From Octopus sinensis (lineage: Eukaryota), in NCBI RefSeq assembly GCF_006345805.1, contig NC_043003.1:106764001-106828000 (forward strand): DNA of 64,000 nucleotides, in the 5' to 3' direction. Numbering within the stretch: position 1 is the first letter of the stretch; every line of letters begins with the position of its first letter. The notes under the pieces were generated by a model. The model had not been told where the DNA came from, did not search any database, and saw only the letters and a program-made list of their open reading frames with translations. A program made the translations under genes and the position numbers. Of this stretch, positions 51,391-64,000 are shown one piece after another.

Positions 51391-51784
51391 TCTTTATATA
51401 TAAAAGTGAAGTTGTGTGTCTGTCTCCTACGATTTAGATTCCTAACTACTCCCACATTTTGCGGTGCAGTGTAACCAAAAGCGGGTATCTTATAGTCGTG
51501 ATTCATATCGAGCCCTTCTGGATATTAGCACGCGTCTATGATGAGTCTACGATTTAAAAAAAAATTACCATCATTTTTTCCCATTTTTAATGCATTTCTT
51601 TGCTATTATATAAGGGAAGTAACTCTCTAAAAGTGTATTATTAAATCTCAGAACGTAAAAAGCTACAGTAACACCCCCCTTTGTGGTTAGCCATATTGAG
51701 ATGGCTATTATACTTTACATCTCTAAAAATGCTTATATAGTTATTTCCCTTACAAACCCGAGCAAAGCCGGGCGATACTGCTAG
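51391..51784 (+). mobile_element. Helitron family E, complete (394 bp)
   Basis: A|TC start, hairpin CCCGAGCAAAGCCGGG at 51757-51772, CTAG|T end, no TSD. Confidence 0.9.
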
Positions 51785-52734
51785 TTTCTTAATAAAGACT
51801 AAATTATGTTTAGAATCTCATCCAGTTCAATTAATTACCAGGAATAAGAACCAGAATTTTTGGATGGTTGATTTGAAACAGACAAGCAGCTTGTTCAGAA
51901 GCAGACATTTAAACTTTTGCAAAGGGTTTAAAATTAAAGATTTTTATAATAGATTGTAATGCTGACTTCATCCAGTTCAAAGCAATGTGGGAGTCACTCA
52001 ATTTGTTTGAAATAGCCACCATATGTACCTCAAACCACACTTTAATCATCTTAAAAATGGAAATAATCCAAATACGATCCTAGCATGATTGTAATACTTT
52101 TAATTACAGGCCTGTTTAATGAAGGCAGATTTGGAGTCAAAAGATAGCAACTTGTGACAAATATCATTTGTGCTAAACAGGCATCCAAACCACGAGATTC
52201 TTCGTTTACCAGCTTAATTATCATGAAGACCAAAGATATGCAATTAGGCTGCATAAGTCTGGGAAATAACATTTTCTCAATCTATACTTTGAAACAAATT
52301 TCACAATCTCTCTTGAAAAGAAACACTAAGTGTTTATATCTATAGAGAAACGTATACAAAGTTCAATATATTGATGTCTTACTAATTTAAACTATTATAA
52401 AGTCTCTGTTTACATCTTAAGATATTAGGAAAATTCTTCAACAGAGTCTTGTATTCATTTAGTTTTGTGTCTTGTGTTTGGTTAGCATTGTTTCAAGTTT
52501 CTTGGAAAGTTCAATATGTATTTTAGAGAAATTTATTTTGAAAATAAGACTGAAGAAAATAAATACATCAAACAGAGGTTCTAGAATGTTGTAACCTAAT
52601 TACAAAAACATGCATGTGTTTGTGTGTGTGTTCTTGTGTGTGGGGGTGTGAGTGTATGTATATACGTTTGCGTAAGCCTGTGCGTGCAAACGTGTGAATT
52701 CATGTGAATGTATGTATATGCATATATATATGAA

Positions 52735-52791
<57 letters not shown>

Positions 52792-52943
52792 GTGTGTGTA
52801 GACCTATGGGCAGCACAGACTGATAGATAGCTACTCAGACAGTTAAATAGAAACAAAGTTAATATAAGCATATAGCTAGGAACACAAACATATATACATG
52901 TATATGTACAAACACATGCATATGCATACACACACACACACAT

Positions 52944-52989
<46 letters not shown>

Positions 52990-54100
52990 GGAGTGAGAGA
53001 GAGAGACATATATAAAGATATATCTAATCATTCCTACATGTACAGCCACTGACATATAACATACATGATGCAAGTGAACAGAATATAAATCCAATTATTT
53101 TACCATTTCCAATAAACGAACAAAGAAATTCTCGAGAAATTCTTAAGAAATTCTTAAGATAAAAATTGAGCTTCCAAAAAAAAAAATCGTAAGTCTTTGA
53201 TTTTTCAAATTATGTACTGAAGTAAAAAAAAAAATAAAATAAATTTATAGATAAAAACAGAGATATGCAAAAGAGTATACGAAGCTAGATTCTAACTTTG
53301 GTTGATGGTTGAATTAAGTTTAATCAGAAAACGAAATTTTTTTTTTTTTTTTGTGTAAAATTCTTAAAATTATTTTTAAATCATTTTATATTTTTATTTT
53401 CACTCCAAAATAATATTTGCAGAAAAATAATAAAGGAATTGGTAAATATGTTAGTGTGTGTCTATGTATGGATGAATAACATATGTGCATGTATGTATAA
53501 ATATCGTCTCTGTATATACATATAAATACTATGGAAATTGAGGGTGAAAGAAAGGAATTGTCTTGGAGGAACAAAAAAATTATGCTTTCATCCAGTGAAC
53601 AATGTTTTTATTGTTGTTGTGGTTGTTGTTGCTGTTGTCTTGTTTCTATTGTTATTAATATTTTGTATAAAGGTGTTGTTAGTTTTCTTTAGGTTTATTC
53701 GTCAGTCTTCCAGTGATCAATATATAATTAGCATGAGTCAAGAAAGAGAGTCAATGAAATCGATACATCCACCAGCAACACAAAAGGTATAAAACTGTGG
53801 CTTTGTGTCAGTGTTATAGATTATCGCCAGTAATCCACGTGTAAAAGGAAGAGAGTGGGGGGGACAGTGAAACGCTGGTATACGCAGGACAGTGGACAGA
53901 GACAAGAGAGCTTCTTATTCAAGAGACGAGAGACATAGAATTGGAACAGCATCGTTTTTGCTTGTTTGAGAGCAAAATAAGAACCTGCATGAAGTCCATC
54001 AACAACTACAGCCACGTAGGGATGACCTAGGGCTAAAAAAGCAACACCAATCGATGCCGCTGAAGCTGCTGTTCAGAAATGTTTTAACTCTAGCATTTAA

Positions 54101-54320
54101 CCCTTTCGTTAATGTATGTATTTGAGATGCTCAGTGTTTCTTTCAGTTGATTTTAAATATAACAAAGAATTTAGTAAAATAACTTAGTTATCATTCAGCC
54201 AGTGTTAGAAACATGAATTGTGACTAAGGTTTGGTGGAAGATTTTAATTCAAAACTTATGAAATCAAGACATTTGTACTCAGAGCCAGAAGTGGTTTCAA
54301 GCAGGTTGATGTCAAAAGGG
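54101..54320. mobile_element. piggyBac-like MITE, second family
   Basis: TTAA|CCCTTTCG ... CAAAAGGG|TTAA; a partial repeat lies at 54348-54420. Confidence 0.7.
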
Positions 54321-54858
54321 TTAAGAATTGTTTCTCTATTATGTATTTTAACCCTTTTGTTACTGTATTTCTGTTAAGATGCTCTGTGTTTCTTTCAATT
54401 AATTTTAGATGTAACATTTAATATCCATTGTCCATGCTGGCATGGGTTGGACAGTTGGACTGGGCTGGCATCCTGGAAGGCTGTACCAGGCTCCAGTCAG
54501 ATTTGGCAAGGTTTTCTACAGCTGGATGCCCTTCCTAATGCCAACCACTCCAAGAGTGTAATGGGTGCTTTTATGTTTGTATGTGTGTGTGTGTGTTGGG
54601 GGCTCATGGAGGAAATAACAATGGACCAAGGTGTTTGGTGATATGAGGTTCTAGAAAAGACCCATCCATGAAATTGAGTGCTAGAAGAGTTGTGTCCCAC
54701 CCACATGTAGCAACACACTTTTTCACCCCTCTCTACCCTAAGAAACCGAACTACATCTCTTCTTCCAAACTGCATCTTTCTCTTCCTCACATTTCCTCTT
54801 CATAAACATTTCCGGAGGGTCCTAACGATTCTACCAGCCTGTTGCCTTTTTGATGATG

Positions 54859-54913
<55 letters not shown>

Positions 54914-54988
54914 TAATAATAATAATAATGATGATAATAATAATAATAATATAATAATAATAATAATGATAGTATAATAATAATAATA

Positions 54989-55049
<61 letters not shown>

Positions 55050-55051
55050 TG

Positions 55052-55105
<54 letters not shown>

Positions 55106-55477
55106 TCAAAACGGCATTACAATATCAAAACTGCCGACAAGTGGTATAATCACCACCCTGAAGCAGTAACTGAAGGAGAAAATGTAACGATTCTGTGGGA
55201 CTTTCCAGTACATACAGACCGAACCATCAAAGCCAATAAACCAGATATTGTTGTGAAAGAAAAAAAAAATAAAGTTTGCTTATTGATCGACATGAGCATC
55301 CCCTGTGATCATAATATCTCGGCGAAAGAGTTTGACAAGCTCAGAAAATATAAAGACCTGCTCATTGAAATTGAGAAAATGTGGCATCTCAAGGTGGTTA
55401 CAATACCAGTGATCGTAGGAGCACTAGGAATGATCAAGAAGGGAACCGAAAATTATATGAGAATGATCCCTGGCTTA

Positions 55478-56767
55478 CGAGGGACGTTCAATAAGAAATG
55501 CCTCTGAGCCACTTGCAGTTATTTGATCTAGCTGAAATTTTGCATGTGCAATTATTCATATCTCTATAAATTAAGTGGCAAATTACAGCTCTGAACTAAT
55601 TGTAGTTTCTGATTTACAGGTGTTTGAACTAAGTCAAGTGTGAAATGGAGCCTGTTGAGTGTCGAGCAGTGATCCGGTTTTTGTATTTGAAAGGACGCAC
55701 ACCACGGGAGACTTTTGATGAAATGAAAGTAACTTATGGTGATGATGCCCTATCATATGACCTTGTAAAACGCTGGCATCGTGAATTCAAACATGGTCGG
55801 AACTCTGTGGAAACAGCTCCCAGATCTGGTCGCCCCCTTCTGCTATTGATGAGGCATCTGTCCGTCAAGTTGAGGCTGCCATTTTGGAAGATCGACGCAT
55901 AACTATTCGCCAAATAGCCCATGAGATCAATATTAGTACTGGGTCTGTGGAAACTATCATTCATGACCATTTGCATATGCAAAAGGTGTCTGCTAGATGG
56001 ATTCCCAGGTTGCTCACACCTTTCCAGAAGCAAGAACGCGTCGAGTGCTCGAGGATGAATTTGGAGATGTGCCAAGAAGATGAGTCAAAATTTTTCAAAA
56101 GACTGATTACACAGGATGAAACCTGGGTCTATCACTATGATCCAGAGTCCAAAGCCCAGTCAATGCAGTGGAAGCACCATGACTCACCTCCTCTAAAGAA
56201 GGCAAAGGTGCAGCCCTCCGCTGGCAAGGTCATGCTCACAGTCTTCTGGGACCAGGATGGAGTAGTGATGACAGATTTCCTGGCAAAGGGTACCACAATT
56301 ACAGGAGCTTATTATGCTTCACTTTTGAGGAAATTAAGAGAAGCTATCAAAATCAAGAGGCAGGGCAAGATCAGCAAAGGCATCCTCCTCCTGTAGGACA
56401 ATGCTCCGGGCCACAACTCGCGTGTCGCCAGATCAGAAGCACAGGCGTGCGGCTATGAACTCCTCCTCCATCCCCCTACTCTCCTGACCTTGCACCCTCT
56501 GATTTTCTCCTCTTTCCAGCCATGAAGTTGTTTTTGAAAGGAAAGCATTTCCCAGATGATGCAGCCTTGATTTCTGAAGTCACGTCGTGGTTGGAGGACT
56601 AAGCTGGGGTCTTCTACAAAAACGGTCTCCAGAGCTGCATCAAATGATGGAGAAATGCGTACCTCTTGGTGGTTCCTATGTAGAAAAAGACTAATAACTG
56701 TGCCAAGTTTCGTTGCTCTACTGTTATGGGAAGTGGGTCAGGGGCATTACTTATTGAACGCCCCTCG
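55478..56767 (+). mobile_element. Full-length mariner (1290 bp) with 30-bp TIRs and TA TSD
   Basis: TA|CGAGGGACGTTCAATAAGAAATGCCTCTGA ... TCAGGGGCATTACTTATTGAACGCCCCTCG|TA (three mismatches). Confidence 0.95.
55645..56694 (+). pseudogene. mariner DD34D-type transposase, disrupted
   Basis: RSGRP, WIPRLLT, TQDETW, L*DNAP, (Y)SPDLAPSD; frameshifts near 55840, 56480 and 56650, with internal stops. Confidence 0.9.
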
Positions 56768-57042
56768 TACCATCCCTGCAAGAAGTGCAAAAGATTGTCT
56801 TAACTGGTACATCACACGTATTGAGAAGAGCATTATCGATGTGAGAACTATTACTACCCATGTATTTTAATTTAACTTTAAAAAAAAAAAAATGAACGAA
56901 CTAGTGAGTTTAATTTAATGGCCTACCAATGTATACTATGAGTTTCTTTGCCCTAGGAGTCGGGAAGATACTCGGCAAGAAATGGAAGCAAATTTGAAAG
57001 AAGAAGAAAAAAAAAGATAATAATAATAATAATAATAACAAT

Positions 57043-57127
<85 letters not shown>

Positions 57128-57140
57128 ATTATTATAATAA

Positions 57141-57622
57141 TTGCTTTGTCTTGGTATAAAAGATGGGCTACAGCAAATATTCTGCTCAATACCACAGATT
57201 TGTTTGTCAGTTGTTTGACCTTAACCAGTTGACCATGTCCCTTAGTGGCTGACGATATGTGCATCTCTGATCACGAGCAGAAGTAGTGAGGGAGTATCAT
57301 CACCGTGTGTTGAAAGGAATTCTTGAAGGTTTGGATAATTCACCTTTGGAAACATGGGTGGTTCATTCAACATCCTTAAACAATCCTTATTCAGGGACCT
57401 TTTGAGCAGGATGGGTTACTCGACTAGAAGAAAATTCTAACTGGGCCCCACCTGCAAGGTCATGCACTGTTTATCTTGATATGAGATCACCATGTCGTGC
57501 ACATATGGTTGTGATGTATGTGCCTGGTGTACCCTTATCAGACGGGTAGTCATGATGGGTATACTGGGCTTTGTATATTTTACCCTAGTGTCACTTTGAT
57601 GGCATGCACTACTCTCTCACTC
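57141..57622 (+). mobile_element. Family F, 5'-truncated copy in (AAT)n
   Basis: Matches the reverse complement of 45644-46140. Confidence 0.8.
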
Positions 57623-57654
<32 letters not shown>

Positions 57655-58143
57655 GAACAATGATAATATTAATATTAATAATTTCAAATTTTGGAGAAGA
57701 GGTTAAGTTGATTACATTGACCCCAGTACTTAACTGGTACTTATTTTACAGAGCCTGAAAGGATGGAAAGCAAAGTCAACCTCTGTGGAATTTAGCAACT
57801 GTGTGCTAACAGCTCAGCCAGATTACTGCCCTAAAGAATGCTGAAATATTAAGCAAAATCTGTGAATCATTTTTTCTTCACCAGAATGTGAAATATATTC
57901 CTTCTTTTTTTTTTGTGTTTAGGTGAATTCTGAATTATGACTAGTAACAAGGTACTACAATATACAATATATCTCATATGTATTGATTTCTCTCAAGAGA
58001 ATATCTTTGCCATAAGCAATAAAATCAATCAGATCTGCAGTAGCTTTAGGCTTAGTTGAGTTTCCTGCTTAAATATTCCATTCGCAAATATTCACCAAAG
58101 ATTTCTCCTCCTTTGGAGATTATTTTGAGAAAATCTTTAGGGA

Positions 58144-58299
58144 TAGGCGTGGCTGTGTGGTAAGAAGTTTGCTTCCCAACCACATGGTTCCGGGTTCAGT
58201 CCCATTGTGTGGCACCTTGGGCAAATGTTTTCTACAATAGCTTCGGGCCGACCAAAGCCTTGTGAGTGGATTTGGTAGACGGAAACTTAAAAAAGCCTG

Positions 58300-58336
<37 letters not shown>

Positions 58337-58620
58337 AGTGTGTTTGTGTGTATGTATGTATGTATGTATGTATGTATATATGTATGTATGAGTGTGTTTG
58401 TGTGTGTGCTTGTATGTGTGTGTGTATGTGTGTGTGTGTCTTTATATTGCTGTTTGTTCCACAGTACAGCTTGACAACCAGTGTTGGTGTGTTTACATCC
58501 GCGTAACGTAGCAGTTTGGCAAAATGTACTAGGAGTGACTCATTCAACTAAAGGCTCTTCAGGGTGATGCTCCAGCATGGCCTCAGTCTAATGACTGACT
58601 GTAAAAGATAACAGGTAAAA
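58144..58620 (+). mobile_element. SINE family A (internal deletion in the 3' half)
   Basis: Head GGCGTGGCTGTGTGGTAAG, GGGTTCAGTCCC. Confidence 0.85.
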
Positions 58621-58678
58621 GATAAAAAAAAAAAATCATATAAAGAAATTTCCTGATCCAGTTTGCTCCAATATCTAT

Positions 58679-58722
<44 letters not shown>

Positions 58723-58970
58723 CATCAATCAATCAATCAACCAATCCATCAATCAATGAAATATGTGTGTATGTGTGTGTAGATACATATATCATCATCA
58801 TCATCATTTTAAGGCCATTTCTCCCCTGCCAAAACAGGAATAAGCCTTGGGAACCCTGTGATTGTTTCCTTTCAACTCTCCTTCTCCTTTCGGTTTGTTT
58901 ATTTGATGCAGTTCTTTTAATACTCAAGGCTTTCCTTGATGCTAACCTTTTAGCCACCATTTGCAACACA

Positions 58971-59208
58971 CAGGGTGTGGTTTCAAAAGGTTGCAAGACT
59001 CTCTTTACTCTTTTACTTGTTTCAGTCATTTGACTGCGGCCATGCTGGAGCACCGCCTTTAGTCGAGCAAATCGACCCCGGGACTTATTCTTTGTAAGCC
59101 CAGTACTTATTCTATCGGTCTCTTTTGCCGAACCGCTAAGTGACGGCGACGTAAACACACCAGCATCGGTTGTCAAGCAATGCTAGGGGGACAAACACAG
59201 ACACACAA

Positions 59209-59241
<33 letters not shown>

Positions 59242-60706
59242 GATATACATATATACGACAGGCTTCTTTCAGTTTCCGTCTACCAAATCCACTCACAAGG
59301 CATTGGTCGGCCCGGGGCTATAGCAGAAGACACTTGCCCAAGATGCCACGCAGTGGGACTGAACCCGCAACCATGTGGTTGGTAAGCAAGCTACTTACCA
59401 CACAGCCACTCTTGCGCCTAATTATGTTTAATAAAAAATAACTTATTTACACAAGTTTTACCATCATCTCCTTTGAAATAGTCGCCTTGTGCAGCACTAT
59501 ATCGGTCTCAGCATTCCTGCCACTTTTGGAATCCAGCCTGAAGGTTGTTTTCCATAAGCAAGTCAGGACCTTCAGCAATTCACTCTGGACCTTGACAATG
59601 GTGTTAAAATGGCAAACCTTTGAGCTGCATTTGCATCTTGGGGAAGAGATGGAGATCCATAGATGCTAAATCTGGCAAATAGGGTGGGTGTGGAAATGAT
59701 ACCATGTTGTCTTTGGCAGGAAGCTCACGAGTGGGAAGAGTGGAGTAACACGGTGCATTGTTATCTTGAAGAATCCTATTCTTTGTATTCTACAGATCCG
59801 GTCCCTTTTGCCAAATGTCTACCTTCAAATGCTTCAAAACATCACAGTAGAACTCCCAATTGACCGTCTGATCCTGAGGGACGAATTCTTGATACACAAT
59901 ATGGCGGGTGTAAATTACAATGATGAGTATGACCTTGAGTGAGCTGCGGTTCTGTTGGGATTTCTTTGGTCGTGGAGATGAAGGCCTCTTCCATTGTGAC
60001 AACTGCTGCTCCATCTCAGGGTCATACTGGTAGACCCCAGCTCTCATCACTGCTGATGATCCTTGACATGAAGGATGGGTCATCAGCGATATGTTGACAG
60101 AGAGCTTGACAGACTTTGATGCAATGTTCTTTCTGCTCAGTGGTCAGCAGGCAGGGGACAAACTTGATAGAGACATGCTACATGTTCGATTCAGACATCA
60201 GGATTGCCTGCACAGACCCATACAACAGACCAACATCAGCAATGTCATTGATTATCCTCTGACAATCTTCGTGCACAACCTGATGAATTTTCTCCCCATT
60301 TCTAGGGATGATGGTTAATGAAGGTCTTTCAGATCCCATATTGTCTTCCAGAGATGTTCATCCCCTTTTGAAGCGCCCGTGCCACTCAAAACATTGCATA
60401 TGACCCATTGCCTCGTCACCATAAGCTCGCCAAAGCCTACTCAATGCCTCTGTAGCAGACTTCCCAAGTTTAACGGAAAACTTCACGTTGGCTCTTTGTC
60501 CCTGTCCATTACAAAATCACAGACTACAGCAGACACACGTGATCACAAAAACACAAATTTCACAACTTGCAAAGTAAACACAGCAATGTCACTCGGCACA
60601 CTGCCTAATGAAGATCACTGCTAGCTCTCACTGCGCACACAACCAAGTGCTGCCATCTGTTGGCGTGCTACACAACTAGTCCTGGAACTTTTTGATGCCA
60701 CCTCAT
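58971..60706 (-). mobile_element. Degenerate mariner carrying a SINE A insertion
   Basis: Minus strand FSVKLGKSATEAL..WHGRFKRG..KFVPCLLT..SSDESWVYQYDPE. Right TIR AGTCCTGGAACTTTTTGATGCCACCTC; probable left TIR GTGGTTTCAAAAGGTTGCAAGACT at about 58977-59000. Confidence 0.8.
59001..59418 (-). mobile_element. SINE family A, full length
   Basis: Reverse complement of 19366-19786. Confidence 0.9.
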
Positions 60707-60711
60707 TATGT

Positions 60712-61045
60712 AACCCTTCTCAACATTTTATTATTTAATGAGGCCCAAATATTCTCCCAGGTTTATATTCAAGCCAGCCAGATCTGGTCTCTCACACCTA
60801 CCCTACAATGTCATGCTAAAAGTAAACAATTACATTGTTTACATTATATACATTTGATGGATATTTGTCCTCATCTTGTTTGTTGTTATCACAACATTTC
60901 AGCTGATATACCCTCCAGCCTTCATCAGGTGTCTTGGGGAAATACCGAACCTGGGTTCTCATTCCTAAGGTATTATTCGATGTTGCTGTTGTTGTTTTTG
61001 TTATTGTTATTATTATAATTATTGTTATTATTATTATTATTATTA

Positions 61046-61086
<41 letters not shown>

Positions 61087-61153
61087 TCACTGTCTGGAAT
61101 CGAACTTAACTACTACGCCATATGCCCGTGACCAGAATAATAATAATAATGAT

Positions 61154-61186
<33 letters not shown>

Positions 61187-61440
61187 AACAACAACATCGA
61201 AAAATACCTTAGGAATGAGAACCCAGGTTCGAAATGTCCCCAAGACACCTGATGAAGGCTGGAGGGTATATCAGGCGAAATGTTGTGTTAACAACAAACA
61301 GGATGAGGACAAATATCCGTCAAATGTAAATAACGTACATAATTCCTCATCTCTTAAATATAGAACAGTGTATAATTAGTTCAAAATAATGGGAATACAT
61401 AAGCATCACATTCGACAGAGTAGTTTGAATTTTGAAGGGT
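60712..61440 (+). mobile_element. Old piggyBac-like MITE H hosting the hammerhead element
   Basis: Left part CTCACACCTACCCTACAATGTCATGCTAAAA and right end TTGAAGGG|TTAA match 31307-31527. Confidence 0.55.
60835..61366. mobile_element. tRNA-headed element with two inverted (AAT)n-plus-hammerhead arms
   Basis: Left arm about 60835-61090 (hammerhead motif on minus strand, 60932-60889), tRNA-like core 61081-61127 on minus strand, right arm 61126-61366 (hammerhead motif on plus strand, 61245-61288). Confidence 0.75.
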
Positions 61441-61729
61441 TAAAGTCAGAATAATCTTAAAGTCTTTTTGGCAAATAGCTTGAGTTATTGTTTCTAAAAT
61501 GGTTTGGGCTGAGACAATTACCCTCTCTCCACTTGTAGAGTGTTTTTTTATATTCTAAGAGAAAACAATTGTTTTTTTTTGTTTTTTGCTTTTTTGTTTT
61601 TGTATATATTTGATAAGATTAAAAAATATCAACAAGGAAAGTTAAGTAAAAGTATTTTCAGAAGTTATTGCCAAGAATGTGACACAAGTAAATCCAAAGT
61701 AACGATCATTGGTAATGTAACAGTTTGGT

Positions 61730-61835
61730 TCTGACGATGAGGAAGATATGGACGATGATGATGATGATGATGATGACCATGATGATGATGATGATGATGA
61801 TGATGACAATGAGAATAATGAGAACATTGATGACA

Positions 61836-61869
<34 letters not shown>

Positions 61870-62370
61870 CGACCATGATAATAATGAGAATATTGATGAC
61901 AATGATGATGATGATGATGATGATGACGATGATGATGATGATGATGACCATGATGATGATGATGATGATGACAATGAGAATAATGAGAACATTGATGACA
62001 ATGATGATGATGATGATGATGACAATGAGAATAATGAGAATATTGATGACAATGATGATGATGATGATGATGATGACGATGATGCTGATGATGATGATGA
62101 CCATGATGATGATGATGATGATGATGATGACAATGAGAATAATGAGAACATTGATGACAATGATGATGATGATGATGATGACAATGAGAATAATGAGAAT
62201 ATTGATGACAATGATGATGATGATGATGACAATGATGATGACGATGGTGATGATGATGATGATGATGACAACGACAATAATAATAATGAGAATATTGATG
62301 ATGACAACAACAACGACGACGACGATGGCGGTGGTGGCGGTGGTGATAATGATGATAATTCTTTATTTGC
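61730..62370. repeat. (GAT)n with a recurring GACAATGAGAATAATGAGAA(C/T)ATT unit
   Basis: The unit recurs five times in full plus two partial copies within the GAT tract. Confidence 0.9.
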
Positions 62371-62704
62371 CACAAGGACAATGAATATAAGACTTTAGGT
62401 CGTTCAGTTTCATAACTGTAGAGGCTTTTTCTTACACTCAACATACACATCTTTGTTGTCCTAATCATCCACTTCATACCTCTACTTCTCTACTTTTCCA
62501 TTCAGACTTCAGTCGAAAACATCATCACAGAATTAGTCAGTTCTCAGTCAAGACCATTCCCTTTCTACATAAGTTAGTGACCATATCTCCCTCATAAATT
62601 CCACTTTATGTCATGATTTCTATGGTTACTTCCTCCTTTATGGTCAACCACTTTACAGATTGTACTTGCAAATCCATTTTAAAGTCACAGGTCACCTTTT
62701 GTTA

Positions 62705-63040
62705 AAGCTGGTCATGCTGGTGGCACGTTAAAAGCACCATTCACCTGTGATCATTGCCAGTTCTGCCTGACTGGCTCCCATGCCAGTGGCATGTAAAAAG
62801 CACCATTCAAGCATGATTGATGCCAGTACCGCCTGACTGGCCCTCATGCCAGTGGCACATAAAATGCACCCACTACACTCCTGAAGTGGTTGGCGTTAGG
62901 AAGGGCATCCACCTGTAGAAATATTGCCAGATCAGATGGGGGCCTGGTGCAGCCTCCTGGCTTGCCAGTCCTCAGTCAAACCGTCAAACCTATGCCAGCA
63001 TTGAAAGCGGACGTTAAACGACAATGATGATGATGATGAT
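62705..63040 (+). mobile_element. RTE-tail family C
   Basis: Three GGTGGCA..TAAAA.GCACC modules, then the family tail and (GAT)n. Confidence 0.85.
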
Positions 63041-64000
63041 TATGCTTTCACCACTTTTGTGCCTTTGCATGGAAAAGTGGTGAAAGCATCATCATCATCA
63101 TCATCATTGTCGTTTAACGTCTGCTTTCCATACAAAGGCACAAAAGTGATGACCAACCACAGACCAGTGTCATTTTCAATGTCTCTTAAGGTGACTCTTG
63201 TATTTCTTTGTCCCACAGACTGAGGAACAAATGAATAAGCTGATGTACATCTGACAACTTCAGCCCATGTTTTCACTGAGTCTTCAATTTTAAAAGTGTA
63301 ACAAATTGGGTTTTAACTTTTGTCGTTTTTTGCTAGTCGTGGAGGATAAAATGTGTTTTCTTGAAGGGGTACATAAAAAGAAGAAGAACTGTAACAAAGC
63401 AACAAGAAATTCCAAACAATAAATAATTTCCCAAAACTTTTGAAAGTTACTCATGAAAATTCCACAAAACTATGGCCACCCTAACCCCTGAAGCAAGTAC
63501 CTTCTCCCTGCTGTCTTCCTTCAACCTGCAGGTATATGCTCAGAGTAGGCCTGTTCACTCGGACAATGTTTTCCATTCTCATCCATCTTTCACCAAGGAA
63601 ACAACATTTCTCTCCCTCCCCTGGATAAATTGATGAGAGGTTGACAAAAGAGGAACATGTCTGTTTTCAGTTCTTTCATTCTGGTCCAAGGCACAACAGC
63701 TTTTACTAAAACCACCAGACAGTTAAAGACTGCCTGTGCTTCCTAGGAGACAACGTTGACAATGGCAGGATTTGAGCCCAGAACATAAAGGGACATAAAT
63801 ACTGCAACATATTTTACCTGACACTCTATCATTTCTGCCAATCTGCCAAAATATTGACCAACAATCTATCAATGATTTTACAATAATGTTGTATCAGATA
63901 TAAGGACCCACTTCTTGAAATATCTATTGAAATATGGATTAAACAGCCATGGATTGGATTTCTATAACAACTTTCTGACACTATAAGGGTTACAGAGAGT

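Larger units (their letters stand above)
55104..57016 (+). mobile_element. R4/Dong-like RLE element 3' part, split by a mariner
   Basis: ILWDFPVHTDRTIKANKPDIVV..LLIDM..KLRKYKDL..MIPGL | PSLQEVQKIVLTGTSHVLRRALSM*; (AAT)n at 54860-55103 and 57017-57140. Confidence 0.9.

Noticed and set aside
52105-52270. AG-preceded short open frames suggesting exons
   Set aside because: No convincing donor, no recognisable protein; expected by chance in AT-rich DNA.
63130-63312. Minus-strand frame CYTFKIEDSVKTWAEVVRC resembling a C-type lectin start
   Set aside because: Trp-Cys spacing is off by one, the other conserved residues are absent, and the nearest acceptor puts a stop in frame.

Overview
AT-rich, repeat-saturated animal genomic DNA, most likely octopus (an inference from the very high microsatellite load and the SINE families, which I recognise only from memory). 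I found no host protein-coding exon, rRNA, true tRNA gene or CRISPR array that I can support. Nearly all ORFs in the track are microsatellite translations or transposon fragments. The window contains: (i) at least four tRNA-headed SINE families and an RTE-tail family, in dozens of copies; (ii) LINE remnants, namely a 5'-truncated Tx1/L1-clade element sitting in (TCTA)n plus two more 3' ends, three R4/Dong-like RLE elements each sitting in (TAA)n, and RTE, CR1 and Penelope-RT fragments; (iii) DNA transposons, namely three mariners (one full length with TIRs and TA duplication), TTAA-flanked piggyBac-like MITEs, palindromic MITEs and four non-autonomous Helitrons; (iv) many fold-back or inverted duplications. 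The most unusual structure occurs at two independent loci (60.8-61.4 kb and 45.5-48.3 kb). A tRNA-derived head is flanked by inverted arms, each made of (AAT)n plus a Penelope-type terminal sequence carrying a minimal hammerhead ribozyme motif (one 48-kb arm has lost the motif). This is a candidate Pol III-driven, hammerhead-bearing, Penelope-dependent SINE, and its internal (AAT)n has acted as a landing pad for TAA-targeting elements. Family names A-F, H and J are my working labels. Boundaries of degenerate copies are approximate to roughly 10-20 bp.
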